Origin: a virus
Taxonomy: Duplodnaviria > Caudoviricetes
DNA length: 64,000 nt
Reading direction: 5' to 3' (one strand)
IMG/VR virus record: IMGVR_UViG_3300021979_000004
Span: 153,983-217,982 of that record
Part shown: piece after piece, positions 17,861-28,139 of the stretch
Position numbering within the stretch: the stretch's first letter is position 1
Layout: the number at the start of each line of letters is the position of its first letter
The notes under the pieces: model-generated
Database searches by the model: none
What the model was told of the DNA's origin: nothing
The model's input: only the letters and a program-made list of their open reading frames with translations
Translations under genes and position numbers: made by a program

Positions 17861-18694
17861 ATGTGGGGAAGAATGGAATTTTCATACGACGATTTATTAG
17901 ACCTGTACCAATCAGATAAGGTGACATTTAACTTGTTGTCATCCGACACAGTTTATTGTTATATGATGGGTTCTGGAACTACTAAATTTGTTTCGCAAGT
18001 GCCAGTAGAAGAAAGGAAAGCAACAGACCTTATTTCTTATGGTTCTTTGTATTTTCCTTACCTCACTAAGAAGTCTTCAGTAAGGTATGCTCGTTGTGAC
18101 GACATAGATATTGTTGATGTTTTGGGTTACATCGAAAAAATACCTAATATTAAAAACATTAATATGTTAGTGGGGAAATACCCATCGGCTCTTCCTGATA
18201 AGGAAACCAAGGTTGGTGTTTATATGCCACCTATTCATTATGTCCTCAATGAGTTCTTTGATCATATTAAATTCAGGTGTGATGAGCTATCGTTTACAAC
18301 GAGATACAACCACGGTATGGATAATAATATCGAAGGTAAGCTTGCAATAGAAATTCCTGAAGGAATGTTCAATCGTGGTGGTGAGTTTTTTAAACGATTC
18401 TACGATGGTAAGTTTTTGCTATCTGAAACATCTTATGGTATATTTAGAACAAGTGGATATGGTATAGTTCATACATACTTCCTAATATTGGGCAGTGACT
18501 TTTTAGAAAAAGAAAAGTTTCAGGAATTCGTAAGAGTCTCGAAACTATTCCATAGTAACAAGTATCAGATAGATGCTGAGAAGACGGTTAACGTATTCAT
18601 TGGTTCGGATTATAAAAAGGCTTATCTGGATGGTATATTATCAGGTAACCGTCTCAAAGAAGCTAATCAAATTGTAGGAGAGGTTATAAAATGA
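17861..18694 (+). CDS. Hypothetical protein
   Basis: 277-aa ORF in operon. Confidence 0.5.
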   Translation: MWGRMEFSYDDLLDLYQSDKVTFNLLSSDTVYCYMMGSGTTKFVSQVPVEERKATDLISYGSLYFPYLTKKSSVRYARCDDIDIVDVLGYIEKIPNIKNINMLVGKYPSALPDKETKVGVYMPPIHYVLNEFFDHIKFRCDELSFTTRYNHGMDNNIEGKLAIEIPEGMFNRGGEFFKRFYDGKFLLSETSYGIFRTSGYGIVHTYFLILGSDFLEKEKFQEFVRVSKLFHSNKYQIDAEKTVNVFIGSDYKKAYLDGILSGNRLKEANQIVGEVIK

Positions 18695-19095
18695 GAAAAT
18701 TATATTTTGGAATGTTTGTAGTTGCATTCATATTTGTTTCATATTGGTTACTACTAACCTTTGATAGCAACTCAAAAAAGCATGACGCATTAAAGTCCGA
18801 TACTGAAGTCCTGTTTATAATTTGTACAATGGTCAAAACAGATGTTTCATCTGCACGTATTGCAGAAAATACTATCATGCTTCGTCAATCCTTCGAAAAC
18901 ATGAGTCCTGTTGTTATTGAAAAGAAAAAACAGTTTATTATTTCTGCATTAGAATCTGCTGAAGACAGTGCTAATGTTTACAATAACATTACATCAAAAT
19001 ATACAGAAAGACAGATTGGTAATCTAAACCTTCCATATAAGCTGGAAACTGAGATTAATACCGATACTGTTATTAAATGTACCAACAGAAAGTAA
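18691..19095 (+). CDS. Hypothetical protein with N-terminal TM/signal helix
   Basis: GGAGAGG RBS; hydrophobic N-terminus. Confidence 0.55.
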   Translation: MRKLYFGMFVVAFIFVSYWLLLTFDSNSKKHDALKSDTEVLFIICTMVKTDVSSARIAENTIMLRQSFENMSPVVIEKKKQFIISALESAEDSANVYNNITSKYTERQIGNLNLPYKLETEINTDTVIKCTNRK

Positions 19096-19099
19096 TATT

Positions 19100-19771
19100 A
19101 TGATTTCTTTTTCTGATTTGAAATACATGTATACTCATCCTAGAGTTAGGGTAGTGCAAGGTAAGGCAAAAGAATCCTTAAAGCCCGAGTGGGATAAAGT
19201 GAAAGTCACCATCACTCAAGACTATAAAAGCCAAAATAAAAAAACTTCTTATGGCTGGATGAGTGTCTATCGTGATGATCTGGAAAAGTTTCTAGATGAA
19301 AATCCTAGTACTATGATTAAGCTTCAGTTACCTAAAGCACTGGCTTTGATCATGCAAAGTATTATAAATCAAAATAGTGATGATGATACGTATGTGTGGG
19401 TTACTAATCATGCGGAGTATGCAATTACGGTTTTGGTTAAAGAAAAGAGATTGTTTAATAAAAACTTCGTTCATACTGATACTGAAGATGTTGATAATAG
19501 GTTGAGGCCACAACGGCTTAATATCTTAAAAAGCATGATGAGAGACTTATATAACATTACGGACTTAGAAGATTATCGATTCTACAGTGTCTTGAATACG
19601 GCAGGTATTGAAAAGTATGACACTCCTATTGATCTTTCAGAGCAACAGGTTAATGTTTTGAATCAACTATGTCTGTATAAAAGGGTACATCATGTACAAT
19701 TACCGATCAATATTAACAGGTCAAAAATTCTAAGCTTTATTAATGTTGGGGTACAACTATGGGACAAGTAA
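19100..19771 (+). CDS. Hypothetical protein
   Basis: 223-aa ORF in operon. Confidence 0.5.
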   Translation: MISFSDLKYMYTHPRVRVVQGKAKESLKPEWDKVKVTITQDYKSQNKKTSYGWMSVYRDDLEKFLDENPSTMIKLQLPKALALIMQSIINQNSDDDTYVWVTNHAEYAITVLVKEKRLFNKNFVHTDTEDVDNRLRPQRLNILKSMMRDLYNITDLEDYRFYSVLNTAGIEKYDTPIDLSEQQVNVLNQLCLYKRVHHVQLPININRSKILSFINVGVQLWDK

Positions 19772-20514
19772 CAATTGATGATTTTATTTTTCTGATGAAC
19801 AGTCGTCGGGTTGTTCTTAGTGAAAAAAGTAACCTCACACCCAAACAGTTTTTTAAATGCTCATCGAAAAATAAATGTAATTATAAAATCCTTAAGCGTG
19901 TACCTGCTTTAGATTACGATCCATCAGATATAGTCGTTGGAAATGGTAAGGCTCGTGTTGTTATCAAAAAGGAAAAGCTACCTAATCGTGAAAATATTGA
20001 AAATACATTGTATTGCTACCCAGAAGAAGATGAATTCTGTATCTCGGTAGACATTCCTCCTATTGGTTCTTGTATTAAATACTTCTTTGGTGAAAAGGTA
20101 GAATATGATGGTAGTTACAATGCTGATGGAAATATTCTGGCGCACGATTATCTGTTCATGCTTTCACTGCCAGTCAATCTAAAAGAAGTTCCAAAATCTA
20201 TTGTAAATCGTTTTACTGTTTGCAAAATGTATACCAAAAATATCTTTTATAATGGAACTCAGTATTTTTATACTGACATGAATGGTAAGCCTAGAAGCTT
20301 TATTAAATACAATCAGATGCTTCATATATCAAATAATCTTACCCGAGAGACGGATATTGACTATGAAAAAATAATCAAGGACATTCGTTTTTCCAAAATG
20401 GTATGTGTAGATCATTCTGATAAGCTTTTGGTATCCAGAGAAAAGGATGGAAATATTGACGTAATAAAGCCATACGTTGGAACGGTCTTTAGTATTTTAA
20501 AAGAAATGTATTGA
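19759..20514 (+). CDS. Hypothetical protein
   Basis: 251-aa ORF overlapping the upstream gene. Confidence 0.5.
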   Translation: MGQVTIDDFIFLMNSRRVVLSEKSNLTPKQFFKCSSKNKCNYKILKRVPALDYDPSDIVVGNGKARVVIKKEKLPNRENIENTLYCYPEEDEFCISVDIPPIGSCIKYFFGEKVEYDGSYNADGNILAHDYLFMLSLPVNLKEVPKSIVNRFTVCKMYTKNIFYNGTQYFYTDMNGKPRSFIKYNQMLHISNNLTRETDIDYEKIIKDIRFSKMVCVDHSDKLLVSREKDGNIDVIKPYVGTVFSILKEMY

Positions 20515-20539
20515 CTTCGACTATAATTTTATTTAAAAT
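20511..20539 (+). promoter_or_regulatory. Sigma70-like promoter
   Basis: TTGACT-17-TAAAAT upstream of the GNAT gene. Confidence 0.55.
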
Positions 20540-20559
20540 ATAATAAAGCCAATGGAGAT

Positions 20560-21060
20560 ATGTTTATGCACATCAAGACCTTCACCACAAACAGCCTTAG
20601 TGATAAGTATGAATTCACTAATGACATTTTGTTTGATTATGAGTACGAAGGTATTGATGAGGTTCCATATCTCTCACAGGGATTTAATTGTGCTATTGGT
20701 GATGAGAACTTCCTTATTCTTGCCATCGATGAGTTCAAGAATAAGATTGCTGGTGCTGTTGTTATTACTAACAGTCCCAAGGAAACACTAAATGGTACTG
20801 GTGCTAAGTCTTGGATTAATAGCATCGGTGTTGCAGAAGAGTACCTTGGTCGTAAGCTGGCACGTCAGATGATTCATGAAATGTTCAAAGTATGTGTTGA
20901 TCAAGGTATCAATAAGATTGAACAATCTTCATATACCGACATTGGAAAAGAGCGAATTCGTCGTCTGTTTGAAGAAATTGAAAAAGAATACCCAAGTGTC
21001 GAATATATTGATGTATTAAATGTTGATGAAAATAGTTATTGTGATACTATGGGTGAATAG
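20560..21060 (+). CDS. GNAT-family acetyltransferase
   Basis: Acetyl-CoA motif A: INSIGVAEEYLGRKLARQMI. Confidence 0.8.
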   Translation: MFMHIKTFTTNSLSDKYEFTNDILFDYEYEGIDEVPYLSQGFNCAIGDENFLILAIDEFKNKIAGAVVITNSPKETLNGTGAKSWINSIGVAEEYLGRKLARQMIHEMFKVCVDQGINKIEQSSYTDIGKERIRRLFEEIEKEYPSVEYIDVLNVDENSYCDTMGE

Positions 21061-21074
21061 TATGGAGTTCGAGA

Positions 21075-21635
21075 ATGAAAGAATTACAAACAGCAAAACG
21101 TTTAGGTCATGAAACTGATCTAAAATGGTTAACACTTGAAGATGGAAAAATCATTAATGCCATTAAGCATGATGGTAAAGAAATAAAAATTAATGAGATT
21201 GGTGAACTAATTCATTCGTATGATCCAATTGCACCAGTTTCTATGTTTAAAATGTATTTCACTCAAAAGCAATTAAAACAAGAACGAGAAGATAAAAAGG
21301 TTATGAAAGAATCTACCAGTAAAAAAGAACAACCAAAATCTAAGCCTGTCGAAAAGCGTCCTAATAAGCCTAAGCCACAAAAAACAGAAGAGCTAGAAGC
21401 GGCTGTGGAAACTGAACAGTATACCGGTAACTTCCTTCAAGAAACATTCAGTGATACCGTTGAAACAACATGGGTTCTAGAAATCTATAAACTGGATGGT
21501 GAACTTTTTTACAGTATTGAATTTGAAGATGAAGAAGACTTTTCATATCATCTTCGCAAAAAGAAAGAGAAGTTTCCTAACTATAAATTTGTTCGCAAAA
21601 CGGTGCGTTCTATGGTGAGCTATGCCGAACTATAA
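21075..21635 (+). CDS. Hypothetical protein with Lys/Pro-rich linker
   Basis: GGAG RBS; 186 aa. Confidence 0.55.
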   Translation: MKELQTAKRLGHETDLKWLTLEDGKIINAIKHDGKEIKINEIGELIHSYDPIAPVSMFKMYFTQKQLKQEREDKKVMKESTSKKEQPKSKPVEKRPNKPKPQKTEELEAAVETEQYTGNFLQETFSDTVETTWVLEIYKLDGELFYSIEFEDEEDFSYHLRKKKEKFPNYKFVRKTVRSMVSYAEL

Positions 21636-22095
21636 ACTCACTATCGAATTAGTACCGTCCACATCATGGTTTAACAATATTCGTGATATGGTATCTCAGT
21701 CTGATTGGGATACCATTAAGTCCCTGACGTTTAAACATGCTGGATATAAATGTGAAATCTGTGGTGGTAAAGGCCCTAAATGGCCGGTTGAATGTCATGA
21801 AATTTGGAAGTATGATGATGTTAACAATGTACAGAAGCTAGTTAGAACAATTGCTCTTTGTCCTGATTGCCATGCATGTAAACACATTGGGTTTCAGATG
21901 ACTAAGATGCCTAAGCGTGTCCCAAGGCTCCTGAATCACTTCTGTAACGTCAATGGTATAAGCGCTAAGGAAGCCGAGGACTATATTGTCGAATGCTTTC
22001 AGGAGCATCACAGGCGTTCCCAAGAGCGATGGGAAGTGGATGTGTCATGGATAAAAAACAGATTTCCAAATATGACTTTTAAAGAAGATAGGTGA
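21622..22095 (+). CDS. HNH-family endonuclease
   Basis: KCEICGG...VECHEIW...LCPDCHACKH (Zn-binding CxxC pairs, HNH core). Confidence 0.75.
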   Translation: MPNYKLTIELVPSTSWFNNIRDMVSQSDWDTIKSLTFKHAGYKCEICGGKGPKWPVECHEIWKYDDVNNVQKLVRTIALCPDCHACKHIGFQMTKMPKRVPRLLNHFCNVNGISAKEAEDYIVECFQEHHRRSQERWEVDVSWIKNRFPNMTFKEDR

Positions 22096-22098
22096 AAT

Positions 22099-23247
22099 AT
22101 GAAAAGAAAGCCTTCGATTGATATTATGTATTGCTATGATGCGATGTACCCACATCTTTCAGATCAGAGTATTGATCCAACTGAATATCCGTACATGATG
22201 ATCATAGCTTTACACGACAAAGATTCTAGTCAAATGGTTGAAAAGCCAGAATTGTCCAAGAAAGAAAGTGGCTTTTATCTTAATACACATAACCTGTCGC
22301 CTACAACATTCAATCTAATGAATATTACATCACACCAAGCTAAAAGTGATGTGATTCCATTGAGTGAGGTTAAACCAAAAATTCTTAAAACATTGGACTC
22401 TTCGTTTAAACGCGGTGATCAAATGTGTGATACTTTTCGCTTGGAACTTCGTGAAGTAGCAACGCGTGACGAAGACTATCATTCGTTGAGAGAACATATT
22501 AATTCCCTAGAGACTACTAAGAAAGAAAAGTATCTATATGCTACCAGAGCTAATGGTATCGATCTTGATGATAGCAACTATCGTATCCGTAGTATCGGTG
22601 GGGGAGCAATTTCTTTAGACGATAAGTATGTGGACAATAATAATGTTGTTATTTTTGATCCACGTAATTATTACAGTTATATGTTTGATAAGCGTTTTGA
22701 AAAACGTGTTCTTAAAGATATCGAACATGATGTACTTCGGGTATGTGAAGTTTATCAGTACATTGAACATACTAATTTAAACTCTGCTTCAAAGTTTGAA
22801 ACTCGTAAGTTCTTTGCACATGTTTTAGTGTTTAAGTCTCGTACACGCATGGAAGACTATGGTCGTTACTTTATGAAAAAGTATGATCGTGACTGTCATT
22901 TTGGTATGCATTCTTCTGTAGATGATCCGGTTAATAACCGTGTACGTAAACTTCGTACTCTAAAGGGTGACCTTAACATTACTACTGGTCGTGTCTCTAA
23001 TAAAGCAAAGTCTTATCAAGTAAACTTTGATTGGGACTATGTACTTTGTGAAGATATGTACGACGATATAATGAAGGAAATTAACGAAGGAACTTTCTAT
23101 ACTGATAAAAAGATTGGTAAAAATACCCAGAAGTTAGAAGAAGCACCAATTTATATCGATGAAGAAAAGTTCATAAATAAAATGAAGCTCCAAACAAAAT
23201 GGAAACGATGTATTTCGTCTATAGTAGTTAATGACCAAGAACAATAA
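22099..23247 (+). CDS. Hypothetical protein (possible paralog of 23247..24461)
   Basis: 382 aa; shares a KK..C..(F/M)HSS..D..N segment with the next gene. Confidence 0.55.
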   Translation: MKRKPSIDIMYCYDAMYPHLSDQSIDPTEYPYMMIIALHDKDSSQMVEKPELSKKESGFYLNTHNLSPTTFNLMNITSHQAKSDVIPLSEVKPKILKTLDSSFKRGDQMCDTFRLELREVATRDEDYHSLREHINSLETTKKEKYLYATRANGIDLDDSNYRIRSIGGGAISLDDKYVDNNNVVIFDPRNYYSYMFDKRFEKRVLKDIEHDVLRVCEVYQYIEHTNLNSASKFETRKFFAHVLVFKSRTRMEDYGRYFMKKYDRDCHFGMHSSVDDPVNNRVRKLRTLKGDLNITTGRVSNKAKSYQVNFDWDYVLCEDMYDDIMKEINEGTFYTDKKIGKNTQKLEEAPIYIDEEKFINKMKLQTKWKRCISSIVVNDQEQ

Positions 23248-24461
23248 TGATACCGAAGGGTGACTATCTAAATATTTTACCAGAGTTTAATACCCCAACC
23301 AATTTGGGGTATGATGAACTTTTATATTTCGATTACATCTATGATTGTGTAGATCACACGATGGATGAATACCCTTGTGGTGTTTTTATTACAAAAGGAA
23401 ATGCTATGTCGGCGTTTTCATGTTTGTATGACTACGAACCACCCTCAAATCGCTTTAACCACACAAACTATTATTGGAATGAAGACGGTAAGTATGAAGA
23501 GTTAACCGTCCCATTGTTCTATGTATCACGTTCTGGCGTACCTTTACCTGCAAACAAAGTTCCTGATTATCTTTTCTCACATGGAGTACATAAGTATCAA
23601 AACCTAACTGAAGAATTCAAAGTAAAAGAGGATGGATTCTATCAGATGATTCAAGGTTCAACAAAACCAATTGATAAGATATTCCCCAAGTTCGCAAGAA
23701 TAAAAACACAATGGCACGATAACAGTTTTAATGATTTTAAGTTTCAAAACTTAATTGACTCTCAATTTTATAGAATTCATTTCTTAGACGACACACATGT
23801 AAATCATCATTTCAAACATGGTGATATATATGATTACTGCGAGAAGTATTGTTTTATTTACAATCAAGATCATGACTTATCTTATATGATTGATCCTGAG
23901 TTAATATCATACTTAAATGATAATTTTGATTATAAAATAGAACCGTTTATAGTTGATGATGAAAACTATAAAGACTTCACCCCCACTATGCAGTTTCATT
24001 CAATATTCTTAAAGAATGATGATGACTTATATAAACTAAAAGATTATATGAAAAGGAAACGGTGGAACTGTGTACCATTTCATAGTAGTAAATCTGATGA
24101 TTTAACTAATCAGTTTTTTATAAAAAACTATGGCCTTGTATATAAAAATAATTGTGATAGAGGATTGTGTAAGTTTGTGGTATTAGACGATCATCGATTT
24201 ACTAAGAATGAGTTTGCCATAGGGTTTGATAGGCTTAGAAAAACGAATCGACTCATACAAAGCTTCATGAGTAAGAATCTCATATGGGAATTCTTTGAAA
24301 CCTTTATGCCTGAAAGTCACAAACATATCTATGATAATACTTATGGAACTAATGAAAAGTTTTTCAGGCGTATGAAGATACACAATTATAAAGACGCAGA
24401 TTATATTACTCATATCTACATTAATAAATACCTTTTAGATTTAAAAGGAAAAAATAAATGA
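23247..24461 (+). CDS. Hypothetical protein
   Basis: 404 aa; start overlaps upstream stop. Confidence 0.55.
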   Translation: MIPKGDYLNILPEFNTPTNLGYDELLYFDYIYDCVDHTMDEYPCGVFITKGNAMSAFSCLYDYEPPSNRFNHTNYYWNEDGKYEELTVPLFYVSRSGVPLPANKVPDYLFSHGVHKYQNLTEEFKVKEDGFYQMIQGSTKPIDKIFPKFARIKTQWHDNSFNDFKFQNLIDSQFYRIHFLDDTHVNHHFKHGDIYDYCEKYCFIYNQDHDLSYMIDPELISYLNDNFDYKIEPFIVDDENYKDFTPTMQFHSIFLKNDDDLYKLKDYMKRKRWNCVPFHSSKSDDLTNQFFIKNYGLVYKNNCDRGLCKFVVLDDHRFTKNEFAIGFDRLRKTNRLIQSFMSKNLIWEFFETFMPESHKHIYDNTYGTNEKFFRRMKIHNYKDADYITHIYINKYLLDLKGKNK

Positions 24462-24724
24462 AGAATATAATCAATATACTTATAAAAGGTTTTAGTGATA
24501 ATCACGAAAAAGATTACATTGATGTTGTCATTTCAATGATCGAATCTAAAACAGGAATGTCTGAGGATGAGATTCTAGAGAAAGCATATCAGTATTGTAG
24601 TGATAAAGGTAAGAACGTCCACGATAAGAATACACTGGAATGGTGTTTCGTTGATTTCGACATTCATGAATTCGGTGACGTAAAACCTCATAAAAGAGCA
24701 AAAGACTTCTTGAACTATCTCTGA
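24458..24724 (+). CDS. Hypothetical protein
   Basis: 88-aa ORF with 4-nt overlap. Confidence 0.5.
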   Translation: MKNIINILIKGFSDNHEKDYIDVVISMIESKTGMSEDEILEKAYQYCSDKGKNVHDKNTLEWCFVDFDIHEFGDVKPHKRAKDFLNYL

Positions 24725-24765
24725 TCTTTTGATATATTGGGGTATCATTGTAAGAGGATATTTGT

Positions 24766-25203
24766 ATGACCCTTAGTGAACTTGTATATCATAGAAATCA
24801 ATACGCTGCTAATCAAAATGTAGCACTATATCTAGTAGCTGCGACTCTCATTCTCACTGCGGTATTCCCATATGCTTTCTATCCAGTAACGTATGTGTTT
24901 GGTATAATTGCCGCCATTGGTATTATGTCAGTTTCAAATCTTTCATACTTCATTGCTATTCGAAAAGCATTTAAACGTTACAAAACATCCGGTCTGGTAA
25001 GCTATAAGATGGCAACCCTGTTGGGGGCATACTGGTGGCTAGCGTTGGGACTGATGATTATTGGTACATCGTTGATTCCTACCGTAGGAATTATGACTTC
25101 GAAAGTTATTATTTTTGTAATGCTAATGTATTGTATCTACATTGAATCTGAAGTTATGATTTCAGACAATGAGGTTTTCCCTGTAAAAGTTGGCGGTGAC
25201 TAA
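24766..25203 (+). CDS. Multi-pass membrane protein
   Basis: About 4 hydrophobic helices; AGAGGA RBS. Confidence 0.6.
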   Translation: MTLSELVYHRNQYAANQNVALYLVAATLILTAVFPYAFYPVTYVFGIIAAIGIMSVSNLSYFIAIRKAFKRYKTSGLVSYKMATLLGAYWWLALGLMIIGTSLIPTVGIMTSKVIIFVMLMYCIYIESEVMISDNEVFPVKVGGD

Positions 25204-25606
25204 TATGGATAATGTATCAGACGTAAAAGAATCTTTATCAAGGCAAAACCGAAAAATTGGTATGGTAATCGCTATCATACTATCTTCATTACTAATTGAT
25301 ATGGCTATGACTCAAACTATATTCCTGACGTTATTGTTGGGTATTCTAGGACTTGGTATTCTTGCACACATCTGTTTTAAGAAATGGTGGATACTAAAAC
25401 AAAACTCACATTTGTTTGAAATCTATGATTCGAATTACAACAAAGCTAAGTATTACAATGTACTTTGTGGTATAACTGTTTTGCTGGTTATTCTTATTGT
25501 TCTATTCAGTTCAATCAGTGGGCTTTTCTATATTGCGATTGCTTTGGGTCTATTCTTCGGTGTTGTGTTTCAAGATGCCGGGGAATGTGAACGCAATCTG
25601 AAATAA
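25190..25606 (+). CDS. Multi-pass membrane protein
   Basis: About 4 hydrophobic helices. Confidence 0.55.
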   Translation: MAVTNMDNVSDVKESLSRQNRKIGMVIAIILSSLLIDMAMTQTIFLTLLLGILGLGILAHICFKKWWILKQNSHLFEIYDSNYNKAKYYNVLCGITVLLVILIVLFSSISGLFYIAIALGLFFGVVFQDAGECERNLK

Positions 25607-25610
25607 TCAT

Positions 25611-25650
25611 TACTCCTAAGTTTAATAAATAAAGTAAAGACTTAGGAGTA
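25611..25650 (+). promoter_or_regulatory. RBS-sequestering hairpin with late promoter in the loop
   Basis: 11-bp stem TACTCCTAAGT (25611-25621) / ACTTAGGAGTA (25640-25650) covers the AGGAG RBS; AATAAATA at 25624-25631 in the loop. Confidence 0.7.
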
Positions 25651-25654
25651 TAAA

Positions 25655-27013
25655 ATGCATAACTTATCGTCATTTGTGGAATCGGTTTCTTCTCTTTACG
25701 AAGGTGTTTCTTTTGGAGAAAAACAGATCAATGACATCCTTTCCCGTTCAAATGATTTCAATGTTGGTATAGAATATGAAATGCGTTTTGAAGAAGGTGT
25801 AGGCGCGGAACAAGTTATCGATATTCTAAACAAATATAATATTGAATATGATTCCGTTGTCACTGAGCATGACGATATGATGGAAATTATCACACCAAAG
25901 TTCTCTCTGTCTGAGGGAATATCTCACATCAAATCTATGTTTTCTCTAATCAAATCCGAAGGTATTGAAGTACCTGAAATGGCAGGTATGCATATTTCTA
26001 TTTCAACAAATAAGTACAGCCTTGAGGATTTCAACCATCTAAAGTTTTTAATTCTATTAGACAGTGATTACGTTCACAGTATATTTCCAGAAAGGGAACA
26101 TGTTGTAAACTATAACAAGTATATAAAAACTATGTTACAGAATCTACCTAGTAGTTTGATGAGAACAAAGAAAGATGTAGAAAATATAGAATGGCGTGTA
26201 ATGACTGAACTTGACACTGCAAAATATGTTACTGCGGCTGTCAAGGATTTCTTTACCAGTGACGGTAGAATAGAGCTACGCTTTATAGGCGGTGAAAACT
26301 ATGATCAAATGTATGATGATATTAAAATACAACTTTTAAGATCATTGCTCCTTATGGAGGTTGCCTATACTGATCTTTATGATAAAGTCTATTATAAAAA
26401 GCTTTCTGAGTTTCTTGAGCAAGACAGTTCAATGGTACGTTTAAAGAAACAAGCGTTTGAAATTATACGTAATGGTACTCCTAAAGAAGCATATCAACTT
26501 ATAGAAAAAAATAAAACTGAGTTCATAAGCAATATTGTACCAGAAAAGATTAGAGACAAACTGGAAAATGTGATAGCAAAAGACCCTAAGCGTTCGGTTG
26601 CATATGCCAGAAACATTCTCAATTCAGAATTCAAGAAAGCTGAATCTGTGATAGCAAAAGACCCTGTGTCGGCATTGCTATACGCTATGCATTTAAGAGA
26701 GCCATTCCCCGAAGGTGAAGATGCAATAGCGACTGATGGTGCTACAGCATTACAGTATGCAAGGATGGCATTGCGCGGAAGGTTTGAAAAGGGTGAGAAA
26801 GAAATAGCCAAACATCCACAACGTAGCTATAACTATGCCAAGCATGTATTAAAGGGTCGTTTCCCTGAAGGTGAAGACGCTATAGCTTCAGAACCAGATA
26901 CCGCATTGCGGTATGCAATCTACGTACTAGATGATCGATTTGAAAAAGGTGAGGAAATGATTAAACGTAGTGATCATTGGGAAGCCTACAAAGAAATGTA
27001 TATAAAGGATTAA
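25655..27013 (+). CDS. Putative amidoligase (COOH-NH2 ligase, GS/GCL-like fold) with C-terminal helical repeats, paralog 1
   Basis: FNVGIEYE, EHDDMMEIIT, GMHISIS, KY, GRIELRF motifs; about five 25-26-aa repeats; LYE-G leader end. Confidence 0.65.
   Translation: MHNLSSFVESVSSLYEGVSFGEKQINDILSRSNDFNVGIEYEMRFEEGVGAEQVIDILNKYNIEYDSVVTEHDDMMEIITPKFSLSEGISHIKSMFSLIKSEGIEVPEMAGMHISISTNKYSLEDFNHLKFLILLDSDYVHSIFPEREHVVNYNKYIKTMLQNLPSSLMRTKKDVENIEWRVMTELDTAKYVTAAVKDFFTSDGRIELRFIGGENYDQMYDDIKIQLLRSLLLMEVAYTDLYDKVYYKKLSEFLEQDSSMVRLKKQAFEIIRNGTPKEAYQLIEKNKTEFISNIVPEKIRDKLENVIAKDPKRSVAYARNILNSEFKKAESVIAKDPVSALLYAMHLREPFPEGEDAIATDGATALQYARMALRGRFEKGEKEIAKHPQRSYNYAKHVLKGRFPEGEDAIASEPDTALRYAIYVLDDRFEKGEEMIKRSDHWEAYKEMYIKD
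26582..26968 (+). repeat. Tandem ~25-26-aa helical repeats (DP..A..YA..L..RF..GE..IA)
   Basis: About five units visible in the translation and partly at DNA level (gaaggtgaaga(t/c)gc). Confidence 0.75.
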
Positions 27014-27014
27014 T

Positions 27015-27809
27015 ATGAAAATAAAAGATATTTTAACTGAGTCTCGCATAGATAATCTTTCCAAAGAAGAGTTTCAAAAGCTTTTAGAAACGGATTACTC
27101 TCAAGCCTATGAGCAATTCAAGAGAGGTAATGTCCTTTATCGTGGGTTTGGTAGTATGGAGATTGCATATAACCGTTTACAGCCTATGAGAGGACGTGAG
27201 AGCATCAATACAAACAATTTCTATACGCTGATCATGAACAACGATCCTCGCTTCAGAGAGTTTCCTAAGCGCTCTGTGATTGTTTCTAGTAATAGAAATA
27301 CAGCCATTTCATTTTCGTCCGACGATAGTACGTCTGCTATTATTTTCCCTAAGAATGGTGCAAGAATTGGTATGTGTAATGCTCCTGATATATGGAGAGC
27401 AAAGCCAGTTGAAGTTCAGGCTAAAGGCTTTGCGTTTTATGAAATAGGTAGAATGATTGCCAAGCTCTATAAATGGTTGGGTACAAGTCCTGCTATCATT
27501 ACTGAATATGAAGAAATGTTAGAAATGCAAAAGAAGTTTGAGCAGATGAAAAAAGAAGACAGTGATGAGTTTGTATTAGCAATGTCACACTATAAAAATC
27601 ATCTTGAAAGTTACAATCTTCAACATGCCCTTATCGAAGATTTAATTGAAAAGGGACCGAAAGGATTGTATGAATTAATTAATACCAGTCCTTTTACATT
27701 ATTTGACGTTTCTAATATGAAACCTAAAGAAAATAATGAACTATGGTTTGATGATGAATATCTAGCTATTAGTTTAAGTCTAGCCAAGAAGATGTTTGGG
27801 GATCAATAA
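27015..27809 (+). CDS. Putative internal head protein, R-S-E type ADP-ribosyltransferase-like
   Basis: MKIKDILTE leader; LYRG, VSSNRNTA and C-terminal NELWF...YLAI; paralog of 40318..41256. Confidence 0.5.
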   Translation: MKIKDILTESRIDNLSKEEFQKLLETDYSQAYEQFKRGNVLYRGFGSMEIAYNRLQPMRGRESINTNNFYTLIMNNDPRFREFPKRSVIVSSNRNTAISFSSDDSTSAIIFPKNGARIGMCNAPDIWRAKPVEVQAKGFAFYEIGRMIAKLYKWLGTSPAIITEYEEMLEMQKKFEQMKKEDSDEFVLAMSHYKNHLESYNLQHALIEDLIEKGPKGLYELINTSPFTLFDVSNMKPKENNELWFDDEYLAISLSLAKKMFGDQ

Positions 27810-28132
27810 ATCCCCACACTTACCCACTCTTTGTTATCCATTCCTTTTGTGATATACATATGGTAAACCAAACCATCCACGTTTAGGTTATAACCGAATG
27901 CATCTTCTTTTGTCACACAATCTGGATAGCGTTTCTTAATAACGGATTCAAGAAAGCGAACAATTTCTTTTGGTGTACGCGTAGAGTGGGTTACTGTTGC
28001 ACAATAACGATTCACTTCATAACGACGACATAAAGGATCACGTTTAATAGTTACCTTATTCTTGAACTCACAGTTTAGGGAACGATATGTAAGGTTCAGT
28101 AGTTTACGTTTTGATCGGTTACTTTTATTCAT
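27803..28132 (-). CDS. Hypothetical basic protein (start moved to MNKSNR)
   Basis: ATG at 28132 lies just downstream of the upstream gene stop. Confidence 0.5.
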   Translation of the reverse strand: MNKSNRSKRKLLNLTYRSLNCEFKNKVTIKRDPLCRRYEVNRYCATVTHSTRTPKEIVRFLESVIKKRYPDCVTKEDAFGYNLNVDGLVYHMYITKGMDNKEWVSVGIY

Positions 28133-28139
28133 AATGTTT

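Noticed and set aside
21622-22095. HNH gene as a mobile homing element
   Set aside because: It is short, lacks an obvious DNA-binding extension, does not interrupt a conserved gene and is embedded in an operon; treated as an ordinary phage HNH protein.
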